Source of the DNA: Eledone cirrhosa
Lineage: Eukaryota
Direction of reading: 5' to 3'
DNA length: 64,000 nt
Assembly (NCBI GenBank): GCA_964016885.1
Contig: OZ024758.1
Coordinates: forward strand, 6,944,001-7,008,000
The position numbers and the translations under genes are program-made. Below the pieces are notes generated by a model, which did no database searches, was not told the origin of the DNA, and saw only the letters and a list, made by a program, of their open reading frames with translations. Every line of letters begins with the position of its first letter. The stretch's first letter is position 1. Below are positions 13,351-28,500 of the stretch, one piece after another.

Positions 13351-16300
13351 GCGCGCGCGCGTTGGTAAGAAAAATATCTTTGAAGTGTCGCCTGTGGTTG
13401 CTTTTATCAGACTGGAATTCCTATTAAAGTTTTTGGATGGGGGGTATAATATATTTCATATATGGGGGAAGGGGAGGGGTATTTATTTAAGGAGTAGTAT
13501 TTCAGTTTATGTAGAATTTGATTGAGTAGTGAAAAATGTTCTAAATTGGAGCCAAGAATGTTTGAGGGAATGATGAAAAAGGAGGATGAGAAAGGAAGAG
13601 GGACCAGAGGAGTGTAAGGAGGAGGTGAAATTGGTGTGTGAGATGTGTGTGTATATATATATATATATGTGTGTGTGTATATATGTGTAGGTGTGTGTGT
13701 GTATATATGTGTAGGTGTGTGTGTGTATGTGTAGGTGTGTGTGTGTGTGTATATATGTGTAGGTGTGTGTGTGTATGTGTAGGTGTGTGTGTGTGTGTAT
13801 ATATGTGTAGGTGTGTGTGTGTGTGTATATATGTGTAGGTGTGTGTGTGTGTGTATATATGTGTAGGTGTGTGTGTGTGTGTGTATATATGTGTAGGTGT
13901 GTGTGTGTGTGTGTGTATATATGTGTAGGTGTGTGTGTGTGTGTGTATATATGTGTAGGTGTGTGTGTGTATATATGTGTAGGTGTGTGTGTGTATATAT
14001 GTGTAGGTGTGTGTGTGTATATATGTGTAGGTGTGTGTGTGTATATATGTGTAGGTGTGTGTGTGTATATATGTGTAGGTGTGTGTGTGTATATATGTGT
14101 AGGTGTGTGTGTGTATATATGTGTAGGTGTGTGTGTGTATATATGTGTAGGTGTGTGTGTGTATATATGTGTAGGTGTGTGTGTGTATATATGTGTAGGT
14201 GTGTGTGTGTATATGTGTAGGTGTGTGTGTGTATATATGTGTAGGTGTGTGTGTGTATATATGTGTAGGTGTGTGTGTGTATATATGTGTAGGTGTGTGT
14301 GTGTATATATGTGTAGGGGTGTGTGTGTATATATGTGTAGGGGTGTGTGTGTGTATATGTGTAGGGGTGTGTGTGTGTATATGTGTAGGGGTGTGTGTGT
14401 GTATATGTGTAGGTGTGTGTGTGTATATATGTGTAGGTGTGTGTGTGTATATATGTGTAGGTGTGTGTGTGTATATATGTGTAGGTGTGTGTGTGTATAT
14501 ATGTGTAGGTGTGTGTGTGTATATATGTGTAGGTGTGTGTGTGTAGGTGTGTTTGTGTATATGCGTAGGTGTGTATAGATATGTATATGTGTGTATATAT
14601 ATATGTGTTTATGTATATATATATATTTACATATATATACACACATAGTTGATAAAAGAAACCAAACAAACACTGGCATACAAAAAAAATATGAAGTCAT
14701 ATTAGGTTCATATATATATTTGTGGATTGTTGTGGAATTTAGTTAGTTTTGCATAAAATTGGAACCCCAGTTTAATTACTTATATATCATTTGGTATTGT
14801 ATTTAACCTAGTTGCCTCCCCCCCCCCCCCACTCGTGTGTGTGAGATGTCTAAGTAATCAACACAGATTGCCAACTAGTCACTAAATTCAAAGAAGTATG
14901 TGAATTCAAACTAAATTCCATTATTTCTGACTGTGTGGTAGATTGGCAGTATAGGTAGAGGGTCTGACGCCATGCTTTGCAGCATAGAGTTACGGCCCTT
15001 TACGGTCTGAGTTCAAATCCCGCCGAGGTTAACTTTGCCTTTCATCCTTACGGGGTCGATAAAATAAAGTACCAGTAATACACTGGGATAATTGCTGGCC
15101 TTGTGCCTATATAAGAAACAATTATTTCTGACAGTGTGGTGGATTGGCAGTATCGGTAGAGGGTCTGACGCCATGCTTTGCAGCATAGTTATGGCCCTTT
15201 ATGGTCTAAGTTCAAATCCCGCCGAGGTTAACTTTGCCTAAAGTGGTTGTGTAGGTGTCATGGCAAAAAGCACCCAGTCCACACTGTAAATTGGTTGTGT
15301 AGGTGTCATGCAAAAAGCACCCAGTCCACACTGTAAAGTGGTTGTGTAGGTGTCATGGCAAAAAGCACCCAGTCCACACTGTAAAGTGGTTGTGTAGGTG
15401 GCATGGCAAAAAGCACCCAGTCCACACTGTAAAGTGGTTGTGTAGGTGCCATGGCAAAAAGCACCCAGTCCACACTGTAAAGTGGTTGTGTAGGTGCCAT
15501 GGCAAAAAGCACCCAGTCCACACTGTAAAGTGGTTGTGTAGGTGCCATGGCAAAAAGCACCCAGTCCACACTGTAAAGTAGTTGTGTAGGTGCCATGGCA
15601 AAAAGCACCCAGTCCACACTGTAAAGTGGTTGTGTAGGTGCCATGGCAAAAAGCACCCAGTCCACACTGTAAAGTGGTTGTGTAGGTGCCATGGCAAAAA
15701 GCACCCAGTCCACACTGTAAATGTTGTTGGCGTTAAGAAAGCCCTCCAGCCGTAGAAACTAAGCCAGAAACGGTTCTGTATGAGCAAAATATGATCATCT
15801 GACCTGGCTTGTCTCACAACAGGACAACTTGTCTAACCCATGCTAACATGAAAAAATGGATGTTAAACGGTGATGTTGATGATGATGATATGGTAAATAA
15901 AAAAACTAAGGACTTAAGAGGTAGTGTCGGACCCTCTACCATCTGTACTGCAGATGTTTCAATGGTGCAAGAGAGAGAAATGATAATCCAATCAGTGGTT
16001 ATCTCAGAAATGATATTCCAATCAGTGGTTATCTCAGAAATGATATCTTTGTTTGGCATCTGTTTAATTTCCTCCATTATAAATCTCTCTCGTTTCTCTT
16101 TTTTTCCCTGATTTCTTCTTTCAGAGATTGGTTGCCAATTATTTCAGCGTTGGAAAACAACTTATGGTTTACTGGATTCAATGCAAACAATGTCCGACTA
16201 GTGAGTCCAGTTACTTTACCTCTGTGTGTGTGTAAGTGTGTGTGCGCGTGCATGTGTGCACATGTGTGTGTGTGTGTACATGCATATGTGCTAGTGTGTG

Positions 16301-17263
16301 TACTTGTGTGTGTGTGCATGCGTGTGTACATGCATGTGTGTGAGTTTGTGTACGTGTGTGGTTTTTATTTGGCTCTTTTGTAAATATATCAAAGAACGTG
16401 TGTGTGTGTACATGCATATGTGCTAGTGTGTGTACTTGTTTGTGTGTGTGCATGAATGTGTGCATGTGTACATGCATGTGTGTGAGTTTGTGTACGTGTG
16501 TGGTTTTTATTTGGCTCTTTTGTAAATATATCAAAGAAGGGAAATAAAGAAATAATAATTAGCCATATTTTCATTAATGGAGGATTTCTAGAACATTGAC
16601 TTATTAAAATAAGTCAATATCTTCATCTAAAATCAATCGGAGAATTGGCAGAACGATTAGAATATTGGATAGAATGATTTGTGGTATTTGTCTCGGATCT
16701 TTATTCTCTGAGTTCAAATCCCACTGAGGTTAACTTTACCTTTCATCCATTTGAGGGTGATTAATAAAAAGTACCAGTTTAATACTGGGGTCAATTCTTC
16801 CTCTATATCTCTCCCTCACTTCCTTTCTCTCACTCTTTCTATTCTTCTCTGGAAGAAATCTGTTGTATTCAGACCTGAAGAGGAGATGGGCTCCACCCCA
16901 CCAGGTTTAAAAACACCCAACAAACACCGTATGCCACTCAGCTCAGGAGTTACAGGACCATACAGACATACATCTAAAATCACTTCTAAAATAGATTGAA
17001 GGAATGTTCTATGACAAATATAAATTCTTGTAAAGAATCAACACATTTGATGTACGAGATACATATTTTTGTCTTTGTTTGATTAATGTTTTAATCTATT
17101 GAATGTTTTAGAATTTGGTTATGCATCACAATCTAAATTATCTTTTCAGACAAATGATGTTACATCAGAAATGATCAAAGTCTTCAGAAAGAATTCTGTG
17201 TTGGAAGAACTCAGTATTAGCAACACTGGAATCAAATCGTGAGTATGAAATATAGAAGAATGT

Positions 17264-17294
<31 letters not shown>

Positions 17295-20200
17295 GGGGGT
17301 TGTCAGAATTGTTAAAGCAGTCGATAAAATGCGTTGTGGTATTTCATTCAGCACTCTGCTTTCTGATTTTAAATTCCGCTGAAGTCAACATTGTCTTTCG
17401 TCCTATCAGAGTTGATAAAATAAAGCACCAATCTAGGGCAATAGATTGATGGCATGGCAAGAGTGTCAAACAACATATATGCCTTGCGGGTTTGTACTGG
17501 GTCTTTGATAAAATAAAGCACCAATCTAGGGCAATAGATTGATGGCATGACAAGAGTGTCAAACAACATATATGCCTTGCGGGTTTGTACTGGGTCTTTG
17601 ATAAAATAAAGCACCAATCTAGGGCAATAGATTGATGGCATGACAAGAGTGTCAAACAATATGCCTTGTGGAGTTTGTTCTGGGTCTTTGATAAAATAAA
17701 GCACCAATCTAGGGCAATAGATTGATGGCATGACAAGAGTGTCAAACAATATGCCTTGTGGAGTTTGTTCTGGGTCTTTGATAAAATAAAGCACCAATCT
17801 AGGGCAATAGATTGATGGCATGACAAGAGTGTCAAACAATATGCCTTGTGGAGTTTGTTCTGGGTCTTTGATAAAATAAAGCACCAATCTAGGGCAATAG
17901 ATTGATGGCATGACAAGAGTGTCAAACAATATGCCTTGTGGAGTTTGTTCTGGGTCTTTGATAAAATAAAGCACCAATTTAGGGCTATAAATTGATGTCA
18001 TTACTAGAGTGTCAAACAATATGCCTTGTGGAGTTTGTTCTGACTCTGTGTGTTCTGACTCTCTGTGTTCTGAGGTTAAATGATTTACACCACCATTATC
18101 CTGCTCTTTTAGAGCCTTTAACAAAGTTGGCTCCGTTGCAGACATTTAAAACAAGTCTCTACTTTGAGGATAATTTCTCTACTTCTTCCCAGCAGTCCTA
18201 AAGTTGCTGAAAAAAAGAAAAATACTCAAGGCCTTTCCCTCCCTTACTAAGTGGTAAAAATCAGAACCCAGTACTTTTGTTTGTATTTACTAACAAATGT
18301 ACTGGGTTTTGATTGGTATAGAATTGTATAACCACATACACATATTTACTGTTATCTTAATATTTCCAAGCTTGTCTGAGATTGTTTTTTTTCTTTTGGA
18401 GAAATTGTTTTTACAGTTAGCTGCCCTTTTTTTTTATTAACCACTCAAGGGTAGTGAATTGGCAATATCGGTAGAGCATTGGACAATATGCTTCACAGCA
18501 TAATTATATCCCTTTATGTTCTGAGTTCAAATCCTGCTGAGATTAGCTTTGCCTTTCATCCTTACAGGGTCGATAAAATAAAGTACCAGTAATGCAATGG
18601 GGTCGATTTAATGGACTTTCCTCTCCCTCCAAATTGTTGGCCTTGTGCCTAAATCAGAAACCATTATTCTAATTTTTTTTCTGTCTATTTCCAGAGATTT
18701 TATCCAGAAGCTTTCTGTTGCCCTTTTATCAAATAACACAACCCAGTTAACTAAAGTTGATCTCTCCTGTAATGTTTTAGATGATCGTGGTAAGTTGCAC
18801 AAGCAATTGTTTGGCCTTAAATATTCATAATTACTGGAATATAAGCCGACCCCCCCCCCCCCCCCCCCCTATTTTATGTCTGAAAAATGGACAAAAACTT
18901 CAAACCTTATTTACCTAGAATTTGAAGTTGGTGAAAATTCGTCAAAATATTGACCTCAAATATTTTTTTTTTTTTTTTTTTTTTTCCGTCACATATTCCT
19001 TGGCTTATATTTGACTATTTACAGTAAATATATTTTTCTATTTATTCAATTCTTTGTTGTTTATGATGAATAAAATAGATGAATCTGCATTTTTTTTTTT
19101 CTTTTGTGGGAAATTTTTATCCATTGAAACCAAACAATATTAGATTTCCATCACACAAAACAAAGTTTCTAAGTTATACTTGATGAAATAACTTCATCTG
19201 GGTTTGTAGGTTAAAACTACATTGTGGATGAAGTATTTTATCTATTTAAGAACCAACAAAAACTGTTGAATTCATTTTTCCTTTATTTCTTAAAAGTACA
19301 ATTTATCTATTCAGCACAGCATCTCTCCATTTGTCATGGTCCTTCGTCATCGCCTCTTTATAGATATTATTTTCATGATGTTTATAATATATATGTTTTT
19401 TCATTTTCAATTCGAATTTGTACATCTTTAGAGAATTTGAAAGAAATATACTGAAACCTTTGTTTACTGCATTTTAAATGTTTCCTTTTGAAAGATTCCA
19501 TTTGGATATGAAGGATGTAGCCCTAATTTTATTGTATATATTTATTTTAAAATCTTTCATAGAATCTCTAACGGAGCTTCATTGATTTTTGTAATTCATT
19601 TATATTTATTTAGGAATTGTTCATTTCCTGGGATTTTTAAGCAAGTCCAGCCATGGATTAAGCTATCTGGATTTATCAAAGACTGGTTTAACAGTTAAAG
19701 GTATCAACAAACTGTGTGAATCAATGAGTGGAAGTTCAATAATCCGAAAATCTTTGAAAACTTTGAAGATTTCAGACAATCCAATGAAAGGAGAAGATAC
19801 AACGGTAAGTCTAACAAATAAATATAGGATGAGAATAATTTTATTGTATTCTTGAGCTAGATATTTACATTAGTACACTGACACCAAAACTTAATATGTT
19901 GTGAACCAAGTAAAGAAAGTATTACATTCTAAGATTGTGGATCATGAGTTTGTATCTTGATAGATGCTAGCCTCATATTGTCTTGGAAATCATTCTATAT
20001 TTCATCATCTTCTTTGACTACTTATTCCTGAAAGGGTCTTGGGGGCTGAGTTGCAAACACTCCTTCCAGCGGGTCCTTTCAGAAACAATCGTCTCCAGCT
20101 GGATCCCCCAAGCGTGACCAGCCAAGCTCATGGATATTATCCAACCATCTAGCTCAGGGTCTACCCCTGGGTCTCCTGCCTGTTGGTTTTGCACATAAAA

Positions 20201-23200
20201 TCTGTCTGGCGATTCTTTCCTGCCCATAATATCGGAGCTGTGATCTCTCAATTCGGAGAAGCAGCAGCTCTGGCATAATTCTCTGATCTCCGAGCTACGT
20301 ACTCTATCAAGTAACATTACTCCAAATACTCTTAGGAGGAACCCCATTTTGGTCGCTTGTATTCACGATCATATTCTTTTGGTCATTACCCAACATTCAT
20401 GACCATATTGAAGATAGGGAGTTTGGCTTTTACACCTACCTCGTTTTCCTGATTATTGACTGGAAGCTGGGGCATTACTGCACCAGCTCTTGCAATTCCT
20501 GCACTTAATTCATCCTCCTGCCTTCCATCACTCGTTAACACGGCCCTAAGATATCTGAACTTCTCTGCCTGCTTCAGTGGACTTATTTAATCTCTTTTTC
20601 AATATTTTGCCTTTTAGAATCTCCGCACATTTTTAGCAACACCAAATGTCATGACCCATTTGGATCTTTCTGGATTGGATATACCTCTTGAAGTGGTTAG
20701 TGATGTTTCCATTTCTATTATTATATTTTTTTTATTCATTTCAGAAATAGCCTTATGAGCATTGACCCCAGTTCTCTGAGTACAGCATGTGAAAACTTTG
20801 AGTAGCAGCTCAGATGGCTTCAGCTGAATAAATCACCACCACCACCATCATCATCATTTCATGTCCATTTTTTCCTGCTAGCAAAGGTTGGACGGGTTAT
20901 CATAGACCTGCTGTAACAGCCACCCTTCTCCACTTGGCTCCTTCCTCATGTGGGTTGTTGTCTTTCTGATTTTGCAGAGGAAATTAGCAGTGTGGGGACC
21001 AAGGGCACCAGAGGTCTCAACAGCGACCTGTATAAAAAGGAATCACTCGGTCAAGCTCTAAATATCTGCTAATCCGTTGTCCTCTATTTGTATTAATAAT
21101 TATTTCTGAATTAGGCACAAGGCCAACAATTTGTGGGGGGAGGAGAATGCCGATTAAATCGACCCCAGTGCATGACTGGTACTTTATTTTATCGACCCTG
21201 TAAGGATGAAAGGCAAAGATAACCTTGGTGGGATTTGAACTCAGAATGTAAAGGGTTGTAACTATGCTGCAAAGCATGGTATCTGACACTCTACTGAAAC
21301 TGTCAATCCACTGCTCTTTGTATTAATAATTGTTTCTACTTTTGGCACAAGGCCAGCAAATTACCCAGTGTATTACTGGTACTCTTTGTATTAATAATTG
21401 TTTCTACTTTAGGCACAAGGCCAGCAATTACCCAGTGCATTACTACCAATATACATTTTGGTGTCTATGCAATTCTTACCTCAAAGTTTGCCAAACAAGG
21501 GTTGGTAAGACCCTTTAGTTATGTAAAAGACATGAACATTTCTGTGCACTTGATAGAATGTATGACTAAATATAAGCAAGGTGTAGCCTCCCTCGGCCGG
21601 TCTGGGAGGGAAGTCAGTAGCCCTGCTTCAGTACTGACTTGGTCTATGTAGACCCATCCAACCCTTGCTAGTGCTACTACTACTTTTACTTAGTAGAGTA
21701 TTTAATTATATTTGAAAATATAAATTAAAAATAAACATGATTAAACTACTGTATCAATTATTGTTCTGTTCTACATGGAATAATCTTCCATTTCTCTTCT
21801 AGCTATCTGGTGCCTTAGTAAGAGGTTGTGTTCATCACATGAGCCATTTGAACCTTTCCCGGAACCCTTTCAGTCTGAAGAAAACAAAAGATGTCCCAAT
21901 TCCACAATCATGGAAACAGTTGTTCTCAACTTTCTTCCAACTATCTCATCTAGATCTTTCAAATTGTAAACTCCCATTGGAAGCAATAAAGTAAGTGGTC
22001 ACGATAACGAATGTTGAGTGTAGATATTGTGAGAAAGGAGGGGCTGGATAGTTGACTAAAGTCTGTCTTGAGCTTGGAGACTCATGAGACCGCTGGTTAT
22101 TCTGGTTTCTGTGGTGATAAGTGACTGTAAAATCAGCACCCTTATAACTACATCAGTTTATAAATGTTATATATCTATATGTATGTAAAACAATCTATAC
22201 AAACAAAAATAACTGGTAAAAAGTGGTCGTGTAGGAGACACTGTAAATATGGTTGGTGTTAGGAAGGGCATCCAGCCATAGAAAACCCGCCAGAAACAGT
22301 TCTATATGAACGAGACGCGGTCACCCGATCAATCTTGCCTCAAGTGGGAAAACTCCCATCTAACCCATGCTAGCGTGGAAGATGGACGTTAAATAATGAT
22401 GAAGTCTGTTTGGAGTTTGGAGGCCTACCAAGCCAGTGCTTATCCATGGCATTAAGTGACTGAGAAGACAAGACTTCCCCCTGGACAGGACTTCAGTCCA
22501 TCGCAGGGTTAATCCTCCAGCTTCTGCTGGTACTCATTTTTCACTAAGTATACTGGAGCAACATCAAATGAAGTGTTTTGCTCAAGAACACAACACAGCT
22601 GCCTGTCCAGAAATTGAACACAGAATATTATGCTCCTAAATCCAACACCCTTACCACTTAGCCACATACCTTCACCTGGTTAATTGAGGCAATGGTCAGA
22701 CAGTGCAAAGGAATTAATATCATTTGGAGAGTCATGAGTTCAATTCGTGGGCTGGGCAACATGTTGTGTAAGATACTTGAGTAAAACACTTTATTTCACA
22801 TTGTTCCAGCACTGGGAAAATGTGAGTTGCAGCAACACTGCTGCCAAGTTTCATCAGTCTTTGTTTATCTTTTCCTTGGATAACATAGGTGGTGTGTGGA
22901 AGGGGAGTTTGGTTTGTATGGGCCACTACTGGTCTTCCACAAAACACCTTGTCCAGGCTTGAGCAGAACTGTCTAGGTGCAATCTCATGGTCAGTCATGA
23001 CCAAAGACCTTCACTCTCCAATCCTTGATAATATGAAAAAAATAGAAAAGTAAAATATATAAGAAAAATTGTGTTGGTGTTCAAAAATGTTGATTGATAT
23101 TTGAAGAGATTCAAGTTGACCTTTGAAAAGTAAGACATGTATTATAGTTTTCAGTTTTTTTTCTTGTATGATCTATTCATTGGATTTGGTGAATTGCCTG

Positions 23201-25526
23201 GGCCAAATCTGATTTATAATTTTATATAAATCTCTGATAATGTCGACTACACTTGAAAAATATGATACAATATGGGCTTTTGAAGGTCTATTTTTTTATT
23301 TGGTACTACAACAAAAAACAGCCAATCCATCCTGTGAGGTGGTGTTGGTGGTACCACAAAAAAGACATCTAGTCCACCTTGTAAAGTAGTAGGGTGGGGC
23401 CATCCCAAAAAAGCACCTAATCCATTCTGTAAAGTGGTAGTGGTGGTGCCACAAAGCCACAAGCTCTCAGAACACACTGGATGCTCCTCCCAGCACCAAC
23501 CACTTTACAGCATGTACTGGGTGCTTTTATTGTGTAGATCACCAGCACTAGGGAGACTATCATGTCGTTGACATAACTAAGGGGTCCTCACAACCCTTTG
23601 TTTGGCAAGCTTTCTATGGCTGGATGCCCTCCCTAATACCAACCACTTTACATCATGTACTGGGTGCTTTTATTGTGTAGATCACCAGCACTAGGGAGAC
23701 TGTCATGTCGTTGACATAACTAAGGGGTCCTCGCAACCCTTTGTTTGGCAAGCTTTCTATGGCTGGATGCCCTCCCTAATACCAACCACTTTACATCATG
23801 TACTGGGTGCTTTTATTGTGTAGATCACCAGCACTAGGGAGGATGTCATGTCGTTGACATAACTAAGGGGTCTCCTCAATCAACTCGTTTCCAGTACTAT
23901 GTAATTTTTTATTGTATTCTTTTTAATTTTCTATTTCAGACTGTTGTTTCTTGGCATCGCTAGTAACATCAATGTGAACCAACTTCATCTTGACCTCAGT
24001 GGTAACGAACTACGCTTCGCTCCACCTTATGAAATTGATGTCATAATTGGTCACATGACAAATCTAACAAGTTTAGATATTAGCAACAACAGTAAGTTCA
24101 TGTATACCACTATATATGGCTTGAATTGGGATAAATGTGTTTAGAGATGGATTGTATATTATGTGTGTACTACTTAGAGATATGTGCGTACTACTTAGAG
24201 ATATGTGCGTACTACTTAGAGATATGTGCGTACTACTTAGAGATATGTGCGTACTACTTAGAGATATGTGCGTACTACTTAGAGATATGTGGGTACTGCA
24301 TAGATAAGTGTGTACTGCATAGAGATAAGTGTGTACTGCATAGAGATAAGTGTGTACTGCATAGAGATGTGTGTGATAATGTATATTTGTTTTGTTCATT
24401 TTAGAATGTGATTTGACCATCGAAAAACTCTTTAAGTCCCTCTGCAGGAATAGATATCTCAAACGACTTTCTGTTGGTCGTAACTTCTCCGGAATTAAAG
24501 CAAAGTAAGAATAAGCCTTTTTACTAACTATTATCTTATTGAATTATAAACATTGTTGTTATTTTTATTACTGATATCTTACATTAACTTTGTTGGTGCT
24601 AAGCAACAGTGTATTTATCAGTTCTTTACCTTGTATTAAACACTTTTTTATTGATATTTTACTTTCTACATGGTTTCATTATTAACATCATCATTTTTCT
24701 ATGCTTGCATGGGTTAGATGGGTTCTTTTTCAGCAAAGCATCTCTTCACTCGCCGCGTTCGATCGTCATCTCTGTGAGTCTCAGTAGTTTGAGGTCAGCT
24801 CTCACCACCTCTGCCCAGATTTTCCTTGGTCTACCTTTACTGTGGCTTTCTTCTACTGGGATTTCCTGGCACTTCTTTAGCTAGTGATCATCATCCATAC
24901 ACATCACATGTCGGTACCAACACATCATCATCACCATGTTTTCCCTTTTACTTTAAAATTATCTTTATCTTTCTTTATTAGATATTTACCTCGTGTTTTG
25001 GATGCTTTGGTTCAACTTCTTCATGATGAAAACTGTGTAAGTTACATTTAAAAAAAATATCTTTATCCTGTAGATACATGTACATCATCATCATCATCAT
25101 TGTTTAAAGTCCATCTTCCACGCTAGCTTGGGCAGGACGGGCTGACCCTTTGTGAAGTATTGGGTCAAGGGACTGTGAATTCGCTCACACAGAACTGATT
25201 TTGGCTTGGTTTCTACAGCTGGATGCCCTTCCTAATGTTTACCATATTTATAGTGTGTGCTGGGTGCTTTTTGCTGTGTCACGTACACAACCACTTTACA
25301 GCGTGGACTGGATGCTTTTTGTCATGACACCTCCACGACCACTTTACAGAGTGGACTGGGCGCTTACTTTTCTCAGGACACCTACATGACCCCTTTACAG
25401 AGTGGACTGGGCGCTCACTTTTGATATATCAGACAAAGGGTTATTTGTCACTGATGCCCTGAAAATTTCAATAAATGAAAGCTAAAAATACCACTTAGAG
25501 AATTATATATATATATATATATACAC

Positions 25527-25558
<32 letters not shown>

Positions 25559-28500
25559 ATACATTTGATTATTTTTGTGTTTATAATTCTTGCATGTTGG
25601 ACTGATCTCTAATTATCTAAATATAAAGGTAATTTAAATATAATTCTTGTTATTCATTCCTAGTTTATTGAATACCTGTCTCTTGCTGATTCCAAGCTGA
25701 AAAGTGATACAACTCTTGTAATAAATGCTTTAGGAAGCAACACCACCTTAAAGGAGTTGGACATAAGGTAAGGCTATAATAAACATTGATTGATTTTGAT
25801 TTTCTAATTTATTCATGAGTATTTTTATTTATTAAGATCATCAAAGATGTTTGAGTGTCAGAAGTAGTTAACATAAATGTACTTTCTTCTCTTTACTTTG
25901 ATGGTTAAAACACAGGTTGTTAGGTTGGGTTGCTGAAGAACCAATTAAGATAACTTGATAGTATTATGTGTGTTGATGGAAGTGCTGAAACTAGTCTCAA
26001 ATGCAAAATTGTGGGCTGGGCACTTTTTGGCATGGCACCAAAACGAGCATTTTACAGTGTGGATTGGACACTTTTTGTTGTGGCACCAAAACGACCATTT
26101 TTTTACAGTGTGGATTGGGTGCTTTTTGTCATGGCACCAAAATGACCACTTTACAGTGTAGAGTGGGTGTTTTTTGTTGCGAGTTGAAATGTTCTCGGGG
26201 TCAACTCTGTGTTTCATTGCTCTGAAGGGTGATAAAATATTTGAAACATCATTAGGGTCATTTCAAGTTTGTAACCCACATTGTAGCTAATCAGTTTGGT
26301 CATTTATCAAAAGGATCTCCACCAAATTTACAGAATCTTTTTCCCTTCTATTTTCTAAAATAATTTCGTAAGCAGTTCTTTCATGGTGAAAGCCTCTTCA
26401 TTTGCATCTAAGTCTAACTTCCTATTGCCCACACTAGGTAAATTGCCTCCAAAAATGTCCCTCCTCGCTCCTACAGGCTCTTTACCACAAATATATATAT
26501 ATACACATATGAAGTATGAAAACAATTCAGTTGTTTCAAATCAATAAATCCACAAACCCTGATATTACCCCCCCCCCCCCCCCCTTCATTCATCATACGT
26601 CCACTTTCCACACTGGTCTGGTCTGGTTTGAACAGACTTTCACTGTCCAATACCAGACACGGTGGAAGACCTGCTCTAAACCAAAACAACTTATTAAAGA
26701 GAAACTACCTAAATTCTCATTTATAGGTTATTTTATGCTTTTGTTTCTTTATTATTTTTACACACTTGAGAGAAATATTTACAAATACATCATTTAAAAC
26801 CTGTAATATATTATATTTTAACTTCTTTAACAGTGGCAATACTATGGAGGATGTTGGAGCTCGTATGTTGGCAAAAGCTTTGCAGATTAACAACAAACTA
26901 CAGACAATTCTCTGGGATAAAAATGGAACAACAGTCCAAGGTTTCCACGATATTGCTGATTCATTAGAACAGTATGTTGTTGTCACTTCTTTTTCATCTA
27001 CAAATTAAAAGTATATCATCATCTTCATCACCATCGTCGTTACTGTCACTATCATCATCATCACCATCATCACCATCACCACCACCATCACCACCATCAT
27101 CATCATCATCACCATCAACATTACCACCACCACCATCACCATCACCATCACCATCATCACCACCATCATCACCATCACCATCACCACCATCACCATCACC
27201 ATCACCATCATCATCACTACCATCACTACCATCACCACCATCACCACCATCACCACCATCACCACCATCACCACCACCATCACCACCATCACCACCACCA
27301 TCACCACCATCACCACCACCATCACCACCATCATCACCGTTTAATGTCCATTTGTCCAGGGAGGGTGCATCAGCAACAGTTGAAATTAATGCATGCAAGA
27401 TTTCACAGCCCTAACATCACTTCTTAATAGCCTGCCTATGAACTTTTACAGCCAACCCTCATATATATTATCTTTGCAGGAATTATGTTTTGAAAAAGAT
27501 GCCAACACCAGTTTTTGATGCTACTGTTGCTGTAAAGTACCACCCAGAAAAAATGGAAGCTGCTCTTCAGAAGGTGATTGATTTCTTTAGATTGTATTTT
27601 TGTTTTGTATTCATACTAATATAATTATTATATATATAATATATATATAATTATTATACTATGATTTTCAATATAATGTAAGATATAGTTTTTAATAAAC
27701 ATATAATTTTAGTCTCCCTGCAAAAAAGTTTTTCTATGTGTTTCACTCCTACTTCATAATTACTTATATTCTAGAATATAAGGCAACCCCACTATTTTAT
27801 GTCTGAGAAACAGACAAAATTCCAAACCCTGTTTATAAATCTAGGCAGCTAATCAACTCATTGTTTTGATGGTATATAGAAGCCAACCTAATTTATCATT
27901 GATTTGTTGGTCACATTTTCCTCAGTTTATATTCAACTATATACGGTATTTCAAAGACAAAATGTTGCTATTCCTAAATGTATTAAACTCTGACAATTCT
28001 GCTTCTATTTTCAATCTGATCCATGCCATGGCAGACCATTAAATGCTTATTAACTCTTGGAAATATCCTAGTAGAGTTCGTTTAACCCTTTAGCATTTAC
28101 ATTACTCTATATTTAGTATTGTATTTTCATGGTAAACATTTTAATCTCGCATAATATCAAATCTACGGGATTTTGATATTATTTATTTTGAGAAGAATAC
28201 CTTAACATAAGTATGAGTGGCCAGTTATGGTTGGTTTGAACAGAAAGAGGTGAAAGAAATCTGGCCAGATATGGCTGGTATAAATGCTAAAGGGTTAAAA
28301 GATATTCATAATTTCTAAATATTTAATAAAATCATATAAATTTCTTTACATTGCAAGCATGTGTGGAAAGAAATGTAAACATTTCTTTTCACATTTGCAT
28401 ATTGCTTGAGCAATTCTCTTTATAGCTAGACACTGTTCCTATTGCTAACAAAATACTGTTTATACTCAAATATAAGGCAAGGTAATGGTAAAATGGAAGG

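Noticed and set aside
13407-14700. 420-aa and 397-aa His/Thr/Tyr-rich ORFs, and similar ORFs at 2763-3218, 9692-9979 and 47925-48355
   Set aside because: Translations of GT/AT microsatellites inside introns.
17344-18145. 258-aa and 193-aa repetitive minus-strand ORFs
   Set aside because: Open only because the 90/93-bp SINE-derived unit is a multiple of 3.
26974-27414. Pro/Ser-rich and Gly/Asp-rich ORFs resembling extensin or collagen
   Set aside because: (CAC/CAT)n tract in a well-defined intron.
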